Shown here: one piece after another, positions 19,844 through 29,952 of the stretch
Layout: each line of letters starts with the position of its first letter
Numbering within the stretch: the first letter of the stretch is position 1
DNA from: an uncultured Desulfospira sp.
GTDB taxonomy: Bacteria; Desulfobacterota; Desulfobacteria; Desulfobacterales; Desulfobacteraceae
NCBI GenBank assembly: GCA_963663165.1
Contig: OY760175.1
Span: 4,928,001 to 4,992,000, forward strand
Reading direction: 5' to 3'
DNA length: 64,000 nucleotides
Made by a program: the position numbers and the translations under genes
Notes under the pieces: generated by a model
The model's input: only the letters and a program-made list of their open reading frames with translations
What the model was told of the DNA's origin: nothing
The model's database searches: none

Positions 19844-21721
19844 GTGCCTGACCGGAAACCCCGATTTTGAAATTTTCAGGGGGTCGATGTTTGACAAAAC
19901 CTTAAATCTTTGTTGTTCCTGTCATCACAAACCGGGAGAAATGCTTCCATCTCTGCCGGTTTTCGGCAACTTTCTCCTTTTCCGGACGCAACTGTAGTGT
20001 TTGCCGTGTTTTTTTTAAGCAATGGCCTGTTTTAAGCTGCTTTGCGCTGTTCAGACCCTTGCAGCTTTTTTAATCCCTTTTGTTGTATGTGATGCCCGAT
20101 GATCTGGAGATTTCTTGCCAAAACCGACAGGCTCACATACCTCTTAAACCCTTGAATGCCATGATCCGGGCATCTGTCAAGACCATGATTTTCCAGTCCG
20201 TTTATGGCAGATTCCACCGCTGAATGTTTTCTTTTAAAACGAATGAAATCTTCCGCTGTTTCTTCTTCATATTCCGCCTTGTTGCATCTGCCTTTTTTCG
20301 GAAGCACCAAAATATCCAATCTGCCCTTCAGGTCCTTTTTGTTGCCTGGAGAGTAAAACCCTTTATCAAAACTGCATCCTTTGAGATCAGAAAATTTGCT
20401 TTGTGCCAATGTTACCATCGCAACGGCGACTTTATCATCGGTTTCTTTCTCCATCACCCGGTGGTGCAGGATAAAGCCATATTGGTCCTCCAGGATACAT
20501 ACCCGCAAGCCCAATTCCTGGGGAACACCGGCCTTGCCTTTTGAAATCCACTCCGTGTGGGGTTCGAAAATCGAAAAAATCTTGTCTTCATGGGGGATCT
20601 TTTCATCCTGTAACACCCGGCGTTTGATCAAATCAATTTGCCAAAGTGCGTAGTTGATATATGTTTGTAATTCTTCAGCTCGGGCTGCACATATAATATC
20701 GGATGCCGGTATCATTTCCACGGTCAATCGCGCCTTTTGAATATATTTTTCAGCAAGCTTGATATATGCTGTATGGGCATCCATAATTTGCTGGACTCTT
20801 TTGGCCTTTTTCTTTTCATCCTTTGATGTGGAATGTTTCAAACGCTGGACTATTCGATAAAGCTTTTTAAATGCTTTAATATTATACGCTGATTGCCGCC
20901 ACATACTCGTTCCAATGTCCTGGCTGATAATAGCGGCAATTTGAATCATTTTTCGGACTGCATCAAAAAGCAGGTTGATATCTGTGGGATAATGAACATT
21001 GGTTTCTACAACGAATGAATCACACCGCCCAATCAAGGCTCCATCGTCCGAAGTTTTTTTTTCATCAGAAGTTTATGGCCTTCTTGCACAACCAGAGTGT
21101 TGATTTTGTCAAGAATATCTGGGGTCATAAGCCTGACATTATCTTTCAGGGTCTGAAGGGGGTAGGCGATATCATTGTCCATCATGCCATGCCCCAGCAT
21201 CTGCCTTATTGTTTTGTGGTTGTTCACCATTTCCTGGAGTTTATCATAATCCCAATTGCAATTGAGCCGAATGACGCCCATTACAAGGATCTTCCACAGG
21301 TCCATACCGGGACGTCCATTTTTAGAATCGGTACTTTCTGGGATCATGTCCGTGAGGATATCAAAAACTTTTTGTCGAAGACTCTGGTCGCAATAGATAT
21401 GTTGGAGTCCCAAAAGAAGTTTGGGGATTTCATCCCTGGCTCTCATATCAATTTTAATTTGATCGATAGGGGTCTGCCCGAATGTCATCTGTAGTTCAAA
21501 AATTTTACGCAAAACGACCTCGAAGTTCTGATGGAATGTTGAAGTTTGAATTACTATTGGCTTGTCTCACAAAACATAAATCCTATATAATTTTATAGGG
21601 TTAGATTAACATAGTAATTAGTAAAAAGCAACAAGTAATTCATATCACAACAGAAACTTCAAACGAATTTCAGCCCAGATACCCCTGGAAAATATGATGG
21701 TTCCAATTTCCGGTCAGGCAC
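19844..21721 (-). mobile_element. ISNCY (ISDol1-like)/IS5-like element, copy 1, 1878 bp
   Basis: IR GTGCCTGACCGGAAA; TSD TAATTA. Confidence 0.9.
20032..21512 (-). CDS. Transposase in two overlapping frames (A9 slippage site)
   Basis: ORFs 21033-21512 and 20032-21036; DSFVVETNVHYPTD, FDKGF, HSAVESAIN. Confidence 0.85.
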
Positions 21722-22239
21722 TAATTATGAATACCAGCGAACCGGTACCCTTTGGGAAGGACGTTATAAATCATGCCTGATTGAATCGGAAACCTATCTT
21801 CTTACGGTCTATAGATATATTGAGCTTAATCCGGTGAGAGCCGGAATGGTTTTATCTCCAGGAGACTATCGCTGGTCCAGCTACCGAATTAATGCCTTGG
21901 GAAAAGCATCTGATTTGTGCGTACCCCACCCGGAGTATATGATGCTTGGAAGAAATTCCAGGGAACGTTGTGAAAAATACAATTTATTATTTGAACACGA
22001 TATTCATAAACAAGAAGTAGAGCTGATCAGAAAAGCTACCAATAAAGGCATGGTTGTGGGTAATGACCGATTCAGAAACGAAATTGAGACATTGACGGGC
22101 AGAAGGGTCAGGGAAAAAAGGAGGGGCAGGCCCCCTGGATGGCGAAAGTCTGATATTTAATTTTACTCTGACCCCAATTTCTCTTCAGTTTCATGAGGAT
22201 GAAAATGTGCTGGTTCATCAGAATGAATAAAATGATTTA

Positions 22240-24117
22240 GTGCCTGACCGGAAACCCCGATTTTGAAATTTTCAGGGGGTCGATGTTTGACAAAACCTTA
22301 AATCTTTGTTGTTCCTGTCATCACAAACCGGGAGAAATGCTTCCATCTCTGCCGGTTTTCGGCAACTTTCTCCTTTTCCGGACGCAACTGTAGTGTTTGC
22401 CGTGTTTTTTTTAAGCAATGGCCTGTTTTAAGCTGCTTTGCGCTGTTCAGACCCTTGCAGCTTTTTTAATCCCTTTTGTTGTATGTGATGCCCGATGATC
22501 TGGAGATTTCTTGCCAAAACCGACAGGCTCACATACCTCTTAAACCCTTGAATGCCATGATCCGGGCATCTGTCAAGACCATGATTTTCCAGTCCGTTTA
22601 TGGCAGATTCCACCGCTGAATGTTTTCTTTTAAAACGAATGAAATCTTCCGCTGTTTCTTCTTCATATTCCGCCTTGTTGCATCTGCCTTTTTTCGGAAG
22701 CACCAAAATATCCAATCTGCCCTTCAGGTCCTTTTTGTTGCCTGGAGAGTAAAACCCTTTATCAAAACTGCATCCTTTGAGATCAGAAAATTTGCTTTGT
22801 GCCAATGTTACCATCGCAACGGCGACTTTATCATCGGTTTCTTTCTCCATCACCCGGTGGTGCAGGATAAAGCCATATTGGTCCTCCAGGATACATACCC
22901 GCAAGCCCAATTCCTGGGGAACACCGGCCTTGCCTTTTGAAATCCACTCCGTGTGGGGTTCGAAAATCGAAAAAATCTTGTCTTCATGGGGGATCTTTTC
23001 ATCCTGTAACACCCGGCGTTTGATCAAATCAATTTGCCAAAGTGCGTAGTTGATATATGTTTGTAATTCTTCAGCTCGGGCTGCACATATAATATCGGAT
23101 GCCGGTATCATTTCCACGGTCAATCGCGCCTTTTGAATATATTTTTCAGCAAGCTTGATATATGCTGTATGGGCATCCATAATTTGCTGGACTCTTTTGG
23201 CCTTTTTCTTTTCATCCTTTGATGTGGAATGTTTCAAACGCTGGACTATTCGATAAAGCTTTTTAAATGCTTTAATATTATACGCTGATTGCCGCCACAT
23301 ACTCGTTCCAATGTCCTGGCTGATAATAGCGGCAATTTGAATCATTTTTCGGACTGCATCAAAAAGCAGGTTGATATCTGTGGGATAATGAACATTGGTT
23401 TCTACAACGAATGAATCACACCGCCCAATCAAGGCTCCATCGTCCGAAGTTTTTTTTTCATCAGAAGTTTATGGCCTTCTTGCACAACCAGAGTGTTGAT
23501 TTTGTCAAGAATATCTGGGGTCATAAGCCTGACATTATCTTTCAGGGTCTGAAGGGGGTAGGCGATATCATTGTCCATCATGCCATGCCCCAGCATCTGC
23601 CTTATTGTTTTGTGGTTGTTCACCATTTCCTGGAGTTTATCATAATCCCAATTGCAATTGAGCCGAATGACGCCCATTACAAGGATCTTCCACAGGTCCA
23701 TACCGGGACGTCCATTTTTAGAATCGGTACTTTCTGGGATCATGTCCGTGAGGATATCAAAAACTTTTTGTCGAAGACTCTGGTCGCAATAGATATGTTG
23801 GAGTCCCAAAAGAAGTTTGGGGATTTCATCCCTGGCTCTCATATCAATTTTAATTTGATCGATAGGGGTCTGCCCGAATGTCATCTGTAGTTCAAAAATT
23901 TTACGCAAAACGACCTCGAAGTTCTGATGGAATGTTGAAGTTTGAATTACTATTGGCTTGTCTCACAAAACATAAATCCTATATAATTTTATAGGGTTAG
24001 ATTAACATAGTAATTAGTAAAAAGCAACAAGTAATTCATATCACAACAGAAACTTCAAACGAATTTCAGCCCAGATACCCCTGGAAAATATGATGGTTCC
24101 AATTTCCGGTCAGGCAC
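22240..24117 (-). mobile_element. ISNCY-like copy 2 (transposase 22428-23908)
   Basis: Same IRs and length as copy 1; TSD GATTTA. Confidence 0.9.
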
Positions 24118-24282
24118 GATTTAGGTGTTGCTGGAGTTCTTTTTTCTTCATTTTATCTTATTAATCCCAAAACAAGTGTGAAATAAGTAATAAAAATGAG
24201 AAAAAAATCTCGAAACGCCTATCAATAAAGAGTATAATGAGTTTGGCAAAACGAACTATACCAAATTGAAAGGGCGTTTCGA

Positions 24283-25785
24283 GTGAATAAGAATATCATC
24301 AAAAAATTGGCAAAACGCAAGAAAAAAATAAGCAAAAAACTGAACAAAAGAGATTGGACTGAGCAGCCAACTCCCATGCTAAAGGCATCCAATATCCAGT
24401 ATGAGATCGACGGTCGCCTTCAGGGAATATCACATGGAGGCATTGGCCTGATCCATATGTTGGCCAAAAAGACCGGCCTTTTGAAAGAAATCGATAAAGA
24501 ACTTGAGCTGCTCAAGCGCCATTTGCCATATCATGAATCTGATCATGTCGCCAATATGGCATACAATATTCTTGCAGGCGGAACCTGTCTTCAGGACATT
24601 GAATTGCAAAGAAACAATGATGCCTGGCTTAATGCTCTGGACGCAAAAATGATCCCTGATCCGACAACGGCAGGGGATTTTTTGCGCCGGTTTTCCCAGG
24701 AAAATATCATTACCCTGATGGATGTGAAAAATACCATACGGAAAAAAATATGGGAAAAGCAGCCTCAAAATTTCAAAGAATCAGCCATCATCAATATTGA
24801 CGGAACTATCAGTGAGACAAGCGGCAAGTGCAAACAGGGTATGGACATCTCCTACAATGGTAAGTGGGGGTATGCCCCGCTGGTTGTTTCTCTGGAGAGA
24901 ACAAGGGAACCTCTTTATGTCATCAACCGCTCGGGCAATGCCCCGTCCCACCTTGACTCTGCCCGGTGGGTGGATAAGGCTCTTGATCTGACGGAAGGCA
25001 CTTTTAAAAAATTATACGTTCGGGGAGATACGGATTTCAGCCTTACCACGCACTTTGACAAATGGGATCAACGTTGTTCCTTTATTTTTGGCATGGATGC
25101 CAGATCAAATCTAACAAAACGTGCAAATGCTCTTCCTGAAACCGACTGGGTCAGGCTTGAAAAACTGTCTGCGAAAATTAAAACTCAGCCCCGGAAACGT
25201 CCTGAGAATATCAAACTTCAAGTGGTGAAAAAGCGCAAATTCAAACGCATAGAGACTGCGTATGAACATATAGCCGAGTTTGAATACAAACCGGGAAAAT
25301 GTCAAAAACCATACAGAATGATCGTTTTGCGTAAAACAATAAACGAGTTCAAGGGAGAATTACTACTGTTCGATGATATCCGCTACTTTTTTTATATTAC
25401 CAATGATTGGAAAAAACCGGCCAAACAACTGGTAGCCTTTTACCGGAAACGGGCTGACCACGAAAATGATATTGAACAGTTGAAACATGGCGTACGTGCT
25501 ATGGATAATCCTTCAGACTCTTTGAATGCCAACTGGGCCTATATGGTTATTACCTCCATGGCATGGGATCTGAAAGCCTGGTATGGGCTGCTGATGCCAT
25601 ATCGTGCATTAGGGCTTTCCATCATCCGCATGGAATTCAAGCGTTTTATCCAGACATTTATAAACATCCCCTGTTTAATTTTGAAATCTGGCAGGGCTAT
25701 AAAATATCGAATTATTGGCTATAACAACCGGCTCCAAAGCATGTTCAAATATTTTGATTTTATAAGGACCGTCCGGGTTACATGA
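24283..25785 (+). CDS. IS1380-family transposase
   Basis: Same protein as copy 3. Confidence 0.92.
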   Translation: MNKNIIKKLAKRKKKISKKLNKRDWTEQPTPMLKASNIQYEIDGRLQGISHGGIGLIHMLAKKTGLLKEIDKELELLKRHLPYHESDHVANMAYNILAGGTCLQDIELQRNNDAWLNALDAKMIPDPTTAGDFLRRFSQENIITLMDVKNTIRKKIWEKQPQNFKESAIINIDGTISETSGKCKQGMDISYNGKWGYAPLVVSLERTREPLYVINRSGNAPSHLDSARWVDKALDLTEGTFKKLYVRGDTDFSLTTHFDKWDQRCSFIFGMDARSNLTKRANALPETDWVRLEKLSAKIKTQPRKRPENIKLQVVKKRKFKRIETAYEHIAEFEYKPGKCQKPYRMIVLRKTINEFKGELLLFDDIRYFFYITNDWKKPAKQLVAFYRKRADHENDIEQLKHGVRAMDNPSDSLNANWAYMVITSMAWDLKAWYGLLMPYRALGLSIIRMEFKRFIQTFINIPCLILKSGRAIKYRIIGYNNRLQSMFKYFDFIRTVRVT

Positions 25786-25977
25786 TGCCATTGCTCTCCG
25801 GATAGTTATTGCAAACGGGTTGCAATGGCGAGTCCAAACCCTGCAGTCTCAAAAAAGGAATGACAAAAACATGAAACACAAGACAACTGGCAATACTCAA
25901 AAAAACTGGGGACTCGTGTTTCTACTGGATGGCAAGTTGGTGGCCAAAATAATACCTCAAACGGGGTGCATTCCCAT

Positions 25978-27378
25978 TTAGTGGCCTAAGCAAAGTGACC
26001 GAATTTGTATGAAGATATTGTCAGTCAAGATGTTCCACCTCCCGGAAAGGAGCTGACTCCTTAAGAACAACATTGATTCGGATGTTTCCGGTTTCCAGAA
26101 TATACCCGGTGATTTCATTCTGAGATTTATAACCCGACGTATTGCACTTTCAACACAGCCGCTGCCAGTAGGTATTTTCAGGCTGCGGAACTGGCGATAC
26201 TGCATTCTGTTTCGATTTTTCACGAAGTAACTTTTAAATTTGGATAGTGCTTCTATGCGCCTTTTAGGGTACGTAATGTGTTTTACAATTTCTTTTCTAA
26301 GGTCTTTGAATCTGCCATCCCAAAGGAGGTTCTTCCAAGATTCTGCTATCCGGTTTCTTTCTTTTATAGGGATTCTCTTTGGCAATTTGTCCACGATTTC
26401 ATGTAAATTCTGTTTTGCATGGGTGTAGTCGATTACCTCATAATAGGATTCGATTTCAAGCCGTTTGGCCAGCGGGCCTGTTCGCTTCCAATAGCTACGT
26501 GCACCGTCACAGCAGAAAACAACACGCTTGGCTTTGGGAATATCTAATTCACGCAAGTAGATCTCAAGAATATCAAAAGCGGCATCAATACCGCCCATTG
26601 TGGCATCATAAACCGGCAAGTGTTTTTTGGATATTGTGCCGTCCGGATCGACAATATGTATGACAAACTGAATGGGTTCTTTCCATTCAGCATGATATCC
26701 CTGCCGCTTTTGGCCTTTTGATTTACGTCCCCGTTTTGGCCTCCGTTCTCGAAGGCGACCGCCGTCGATACAAACCAGAACCGTTTTGCCACCAACGCGA
26801 TCAGTATCTCCAAAAGATACCCGGCCACGCAGGGGCATAGCTTCCTGTGCAAGATTCATTGTTATGCGGCGTATGGTTTTGACATTTAAGTTGATTGCAT
26901 GGTTTTCCAGGGATCTTCGGGCAATTTCAAAAGAGGGACAGAGCAATGCTGCATGGACCACCGACGAAGCGAACAGCGTTGAACACCTGCCGATAAAACC
27001 AAGGTAATCAAGCCCAAAATGGCGGCCTGTCCCCTTTTGTCGTTTTTTTGTTTTAGGGCCTGGCCGTTGTTTGGAAACAACTTTTGAAAAGTAAGGGGAT
27101 CGGATGCTCAGGGTAGTTCCTGTCAATAATCGAATGCTGCTGGGGCGGTATCCGTTGAAACGCAGTCCCTTTTTACCGGCACCAATTTTCAGTTCAGATA
27201 AAAGATCCGGGTCAGACAGTGCCTTTTCAATGACGGGAACCAGAAATGCTTCCACAATAATGAAGAGGCCGTTCCGTACCTGCTCACAAAGGATATTAGC
27301 ATTTTGATGGTTTTGGAAATCAGCTACGGCTTTTGTTAGAAGGGTTCGAATATCCCTTATAGTGGAAGCAAGTTTCAT
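25978..27378 (-). CDS. ISKra4/UPF0236-like DDE transposase
   Basis: IDGG, CDGA, DYTHA, GSGCVESA..INLRMK. Confidence 0.85.
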   Translation of the reverse strand: MKLASTIRDIRTLLTKAVADFQNHQNANILCEQVRNGLFIIVEAFLVPVIEKALSDPDLLSELKIGAGKKGLRFNGYRPSSIRLLTGTTLSIRSPYFSKVVSKQRPGPKTKKRQKGTGRHFGLDYLGFIGRCSTLFASSVVHAALLCPSFEIARRSLENHAINLNVKTIRRITMNLAQEAMPLRGRVSFGDTDRVGGKTVLVCIDGGRLRERRPKRGRKSKGQKRQGYHAEWKEPIQFVIHIVDPDGTISKKHLPVYDATMGGIDAAFDILEIYLRELDIPKAKRVVFCCDGARSYWKRTGPLAKRLEIESYYEVIDYTHAKQNLHEIVDKLPKRIPIKERNRIAESWKNLLWDGRFKDLRKEIVKHITYPKRRIEALSKFKSYFVKNRNRMQYRQFRSLKIPTGSGCVESAIRRVINLRMKSPGIFWKPETSESMLFLRSQLLSGRWNILTDNIFIQIRSLCLGH

Positions 27379-27435
27379 GATCAGTCCTCGAATTGCAGGT
27401 TGAAAAATTACCTGTCATTTCGATGACTGAAACCC

Positions 27436-28308
27436 TCAAGTTTGTGTGCATAGCTGCTTTTTATAATTGGAAGTCAACGGGTATACATAGATGTCTTTTA
27501 TCGGCACCTGAAGTCTGTGGTGCCTGTCTTGACGGCTTCGCCCTTTGCTTTGACCAATTTTTTGCCAATTTGCCGCCTGGTAGCAAGTTCCGGCAAAGCG
27601 TGATCGATCCACGAAAGTTTCTACCAGACAGATATCGTGACCATATTTAGCTGTCCAGTCCCGGCTCAGCCGCCTAAGACATGAACCCAGAATATGACTG
27701 GCAAGATGGGGAATTCGAATCCATGGCAAAATCAAAAATCGGGTATTGTTGGTCGTCATATGCAGGTTCCTGCGACGAGCCGACCTATCCCAACCGATGA
27801 ATCGGTCACGAGGGGCCGTTTTCCATGCTGCTGAGCCAAAAAGCAGGCAGGCAACCGGACGAGAATTGCGATCAAAAGCCATATACTTCATATGTTCTCC
27901 GACATACCCTTTACACCCAAGGTAATGATATCGATCCATAAGGCAATGGAATAAATCATCAATATCTCCACGGCCCGATACCGGTATCAATTGTATCGGG
28001 CGGATCTTACGCAAAGTGGTTTCTATCGGCTTACAATCATGGGGGACATCGGGAATACGCCGCTGACGGTTACCGCTATGACGGGCAACGGGAAGTGTGA
28101 CCATCCCTTTTTGCTCAAGTTTTCTCAGCATGCTTCGACAGGCCATGTCCTTGAGCAGACCTTTTTCCGTGCGCCAATCCCAGCGAGCACACAATTCTTT
28201 GGATAAACGAGTGCGGTGCCAGGCGGGATTGTCGTTAATCAAATGGCGTATCGTTTGTATATCAACTTCTGAAAATTCACGTCCTTGAATGGTTAAAGTC
28301 CTGCTCAT
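27436..28308 (-). CDS. DUF4338 (Druantia DruA-like domain) protein
   Basis: YHYLG, RDRFIGW, NNTRFLILPW..PHLASHIL, ETFVD..FAGTCYQAANW. Confidence 0.82.
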   Translation of the reverse strand: MSRTLTIQGREFSEVDIQTIRHLINDNPAWHRTRLSKELCARWDWRTEKGLLKDMACRSMLRKLEQKGMVTLPVARHSGNRQRRIPDVPHDCKPIETTLRKIRPIQLIPVSGRGDIDDLFHCLMDRYHYLGCKGYVGEHMKYMAFDRNSRPVACLLFGSAAWKTAPRDRFIGWDRSARRRNLHMTTNNTRFLILPWIRIPHLASHILGSCLRRLSRDWTAKYGHDICLVETFVDRSRFAGTCYQAANWQKIGQSKGRSRQDRHHRLQVPIKDIYVYPLTSNYKKQLCTQT

Positions 28309-28505
28309 GCAAATCTATATAACCTTTCATGAGCCAGGAGTCCAGCTTTTTTTGGGAGGGCAGAGTATTCAATGCAGCATGAAAAACGGAAAAATTGGAT
28401 ACATGTCAGTTCATGCCACTAAATGGGATTGCACCCCCTCAAACGGCGGGTTGCTCATGAGTATATCTTTTTTGAAAACGCGCTTGTTTTGGGATTAATC
28501 CAAGT

Positions 28506-28556
28506 AGTGAACGTTTCCAAATAAGCGGCTTGACCGGTTCATTTGGTTTGTTGAAA
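28506..28556 (-). other. attC-like integron cassette site
   Basis: Minus strand: TTTCAAC-AAACC-AAATGAAC-CGG-TCAAG-CCG-CTTATTT-GGAAAC-GTTCACT. Confidence 0.6.
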
Positions 28557-28709
28557 TATTCGATCTGATTTTCTTATAACACTCTTTGGGGCCCCGAAAA
28601 AGCAATTATAGCCCCCTTTAGGGAGGTCGTTTTTAAGCTACTTCCTTAATTGACAACCTTCTTGTTTGGTCCGACCCCATCTGTCCATCTGTTTCTGTTC
28701 ACTATATTA

Positions 28710-29321
28710 TTACTGTTCATACACAGTGAGCAACTTGTCAGAAACAAATATAGCCGCTGGCGAAATAACAGTTTCATTTTTTGGAATACTTTTCCCAAAT
28801 CTTTCATGGAGTTTTTTTTGTACAATTGGATCTGACAAATTAAATTCTTTCATTTTTTGAAGTTTTCCAAGCTCAATATCAAGAGCTCTTTTATATATTT
28901 TCCAGACAAGTTCTGAGCAATAGATATTTTTATCTGACCACTCAAAATATAAATCGTAGTGTTTCCCTTCAAAGACTTTCCCTACTGCAAGCATTTTTTC
29001 AAGTGCCTTTGGCGTCAAAACAGTATTAGCGTTTGAAAGACGTTTCACGGAAAAATGGCTTCCTGTACCACGTTTGATCCATGTATCGAGTGAAGTAAGC
29101 TTAACCGGCTCAATAGCTTCATAAACATATGGTGTGTTGTTTTTCAGATAAACAATACCCATATGAGAGAATTTGGAATTTGTTGCTTTTTGGATCGCCA
29201 AGCTTTGTGGTGATTTCGATGTTTGAAAAATAATATCACCGTTTTGAGGTTCATAATTCTCTGAACACCCTATCTCAACCAAAATTAGAAATAAAAACAA
29301 TGTAATGAATATTTTTTTCAT
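28710..29321 (-). CDS. YiiX/YebB-like permuted papain-like (NlpC/P60) protein, probable lipoprotein; cassette gene
   Basis: GDIIFQTS, SHMGIV, YDLYFEWSD..YCSELVWK; signal peptide MKKIF...IGC. Confidence 0.88.
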   Translation of the reverse strand: MKKIFITLFLFLILVEIGCSENYEPQNGDIIFQTSKSPQSLAIQKATNSKFSHMGIVYLKNNTPYVYEAIEPVKLTSLDTWIKRGTGSHFSVKRLSNANTVLTPKALEKMLAVGKVFEGKHYDLYFEWSDKNIYCSELVWKIYKRALDIELGKLQKMKEFNLSDPIVQKKLHERFGKSIPKNETVISPAAIFVSDKLLTVYEQ

Positions 29322-29330
29322 GGCGGTTGC

Positions 29331-29406
29331 TTTCAAAAGTATACAAATAACCGGTGCAAATGGAACGCAACGGAATTTGCATCCGAGTTAATTTGCTTTG
29401 TTATGC
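29331..29406 (-). other. attC site with degenerate R' box
   Basis: GCATAAC overlaps the stop of the upstream cassette gene; hairpin TGCAAAT..ATTTGCA; right end TTTGAAA instead of GTTGAAA. Confidence 0.6.
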
Positions 29407-29760
29407 ATTTCCCGTTTCTTTTGCCGATAAGAATACCTCAAACGATTCTTTGAGAGCATATATTTCTTCTGTTTCATGATTAAAAATGAACAAAGTTTTT
29501 GTCACATCCTCTGATTCTAAAACTGGAAACACAAAAAGGTAATCCCCTGACCAGTTGTGCGCCAATGGCAGTCCATTCACGGGGAATCCTGAAGAGTCAG
29601 AGGCCTGCTGAAGGTAAACATCCAACTCGACAGGAGCTATGATATCCCATGTGTCCTCCAAGAGGCTTAGCTGCATTTGCCGCCCTGCAACTGCTTTGTA
29701 TTCAGTGGGTAAAAGAATCTTATATTTTTCTTCAAATGGAGTCATTTTTTCTACATGCAT
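29401..29760 (-). CDS. SMI1/KNR4-family (immunity-like) protein; cassette gene
   Basis: FEEKYKILLPTEYK, LPLAHNWSGDYL, IFNHET...ESFEVFL; bounded by GTTATGC and GCATAAC. Confidence 0.72.
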   Translation of the reverse strand: MHVEKMTPFEEKYKILLPTEYKAVAGRQMQLSLLEDTWDIIAPVELDVYLQQASDSSGFPVNGLPLAHNWSGDYLFVFPVLESEDVTKTLFIFNHETEEIYALKESFEVFLSAKETGNA

Positions 29761-29805
29761 AACGCCAACATCTGCGGCTTGTCCGTCAGCATGTTTTTGT
29801 TAGGG
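29757..29805 (-). other. Minimal attC-like site
   Basis: CCCTAAC-AAAAA-CAT(G)CTG(A)CGG-ACAAG-CCG-CAGATG-TTGGC-GTTATGC, with two extrahelical bases. Confidence 0.7.
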
Positions 29806-29952
29806 AATTCTCAATTCTTATTCATTTTTATGTTTAGTTAATTCAACAACTGTTGTATGATTTCAGCAACAACCAGTAGTTGCCCTCATCCTGAACAATT
29901 CTAAGCCCCACCCTGATACACCTGGAAAACCTAATTAACATATAAGCGCGTA

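Larger units (their letters stand above)
19576..22160 (+). pseudogene. REP-associated tyrosine transposase (RAYT, Y1 HUH), frameshifted and IS-interrupted
   Basis: MARLQR..HIV-RGNNRQ (1-nt frameshift), MSNHVHLL, RTGTLWEGRYKS, YIELNPVRAG, YRWSSY. Confidence 0.88.
19520..22175 (+). mobile_element. RAYT locus bounded by perfect inverted REP-like repeats
   Basis: 28-bp perfect IR AAATTGGGGTCAGAGTAAAATTAAATAT at 19515-19542 and 22153-22180. Confidence 0.75.
25964..28436 (-). mobile_element. ISKra4/ISLre2-like element with DUF4338 gene
   Basis: IR GGGTGCATTCCCATTTAGTGGC / GCCACTAAATGGGATTGCACCC; TSD CCTCAAACG (end ambiguous by 1 nt). Confidence 0.88.
24166..28493 (+). mobile_element. IS1380-family copy 4, with an ISKra4-like insertion in its right non-coding end
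   Basis: Terminal IRs; TSD ATTAAT. Confidence 0.92.

Noticed and set aside
27436..28308. Complete Druantia defence system
   Set aside because: No DruE helicase or other dru genes; the gene lies within IS ends
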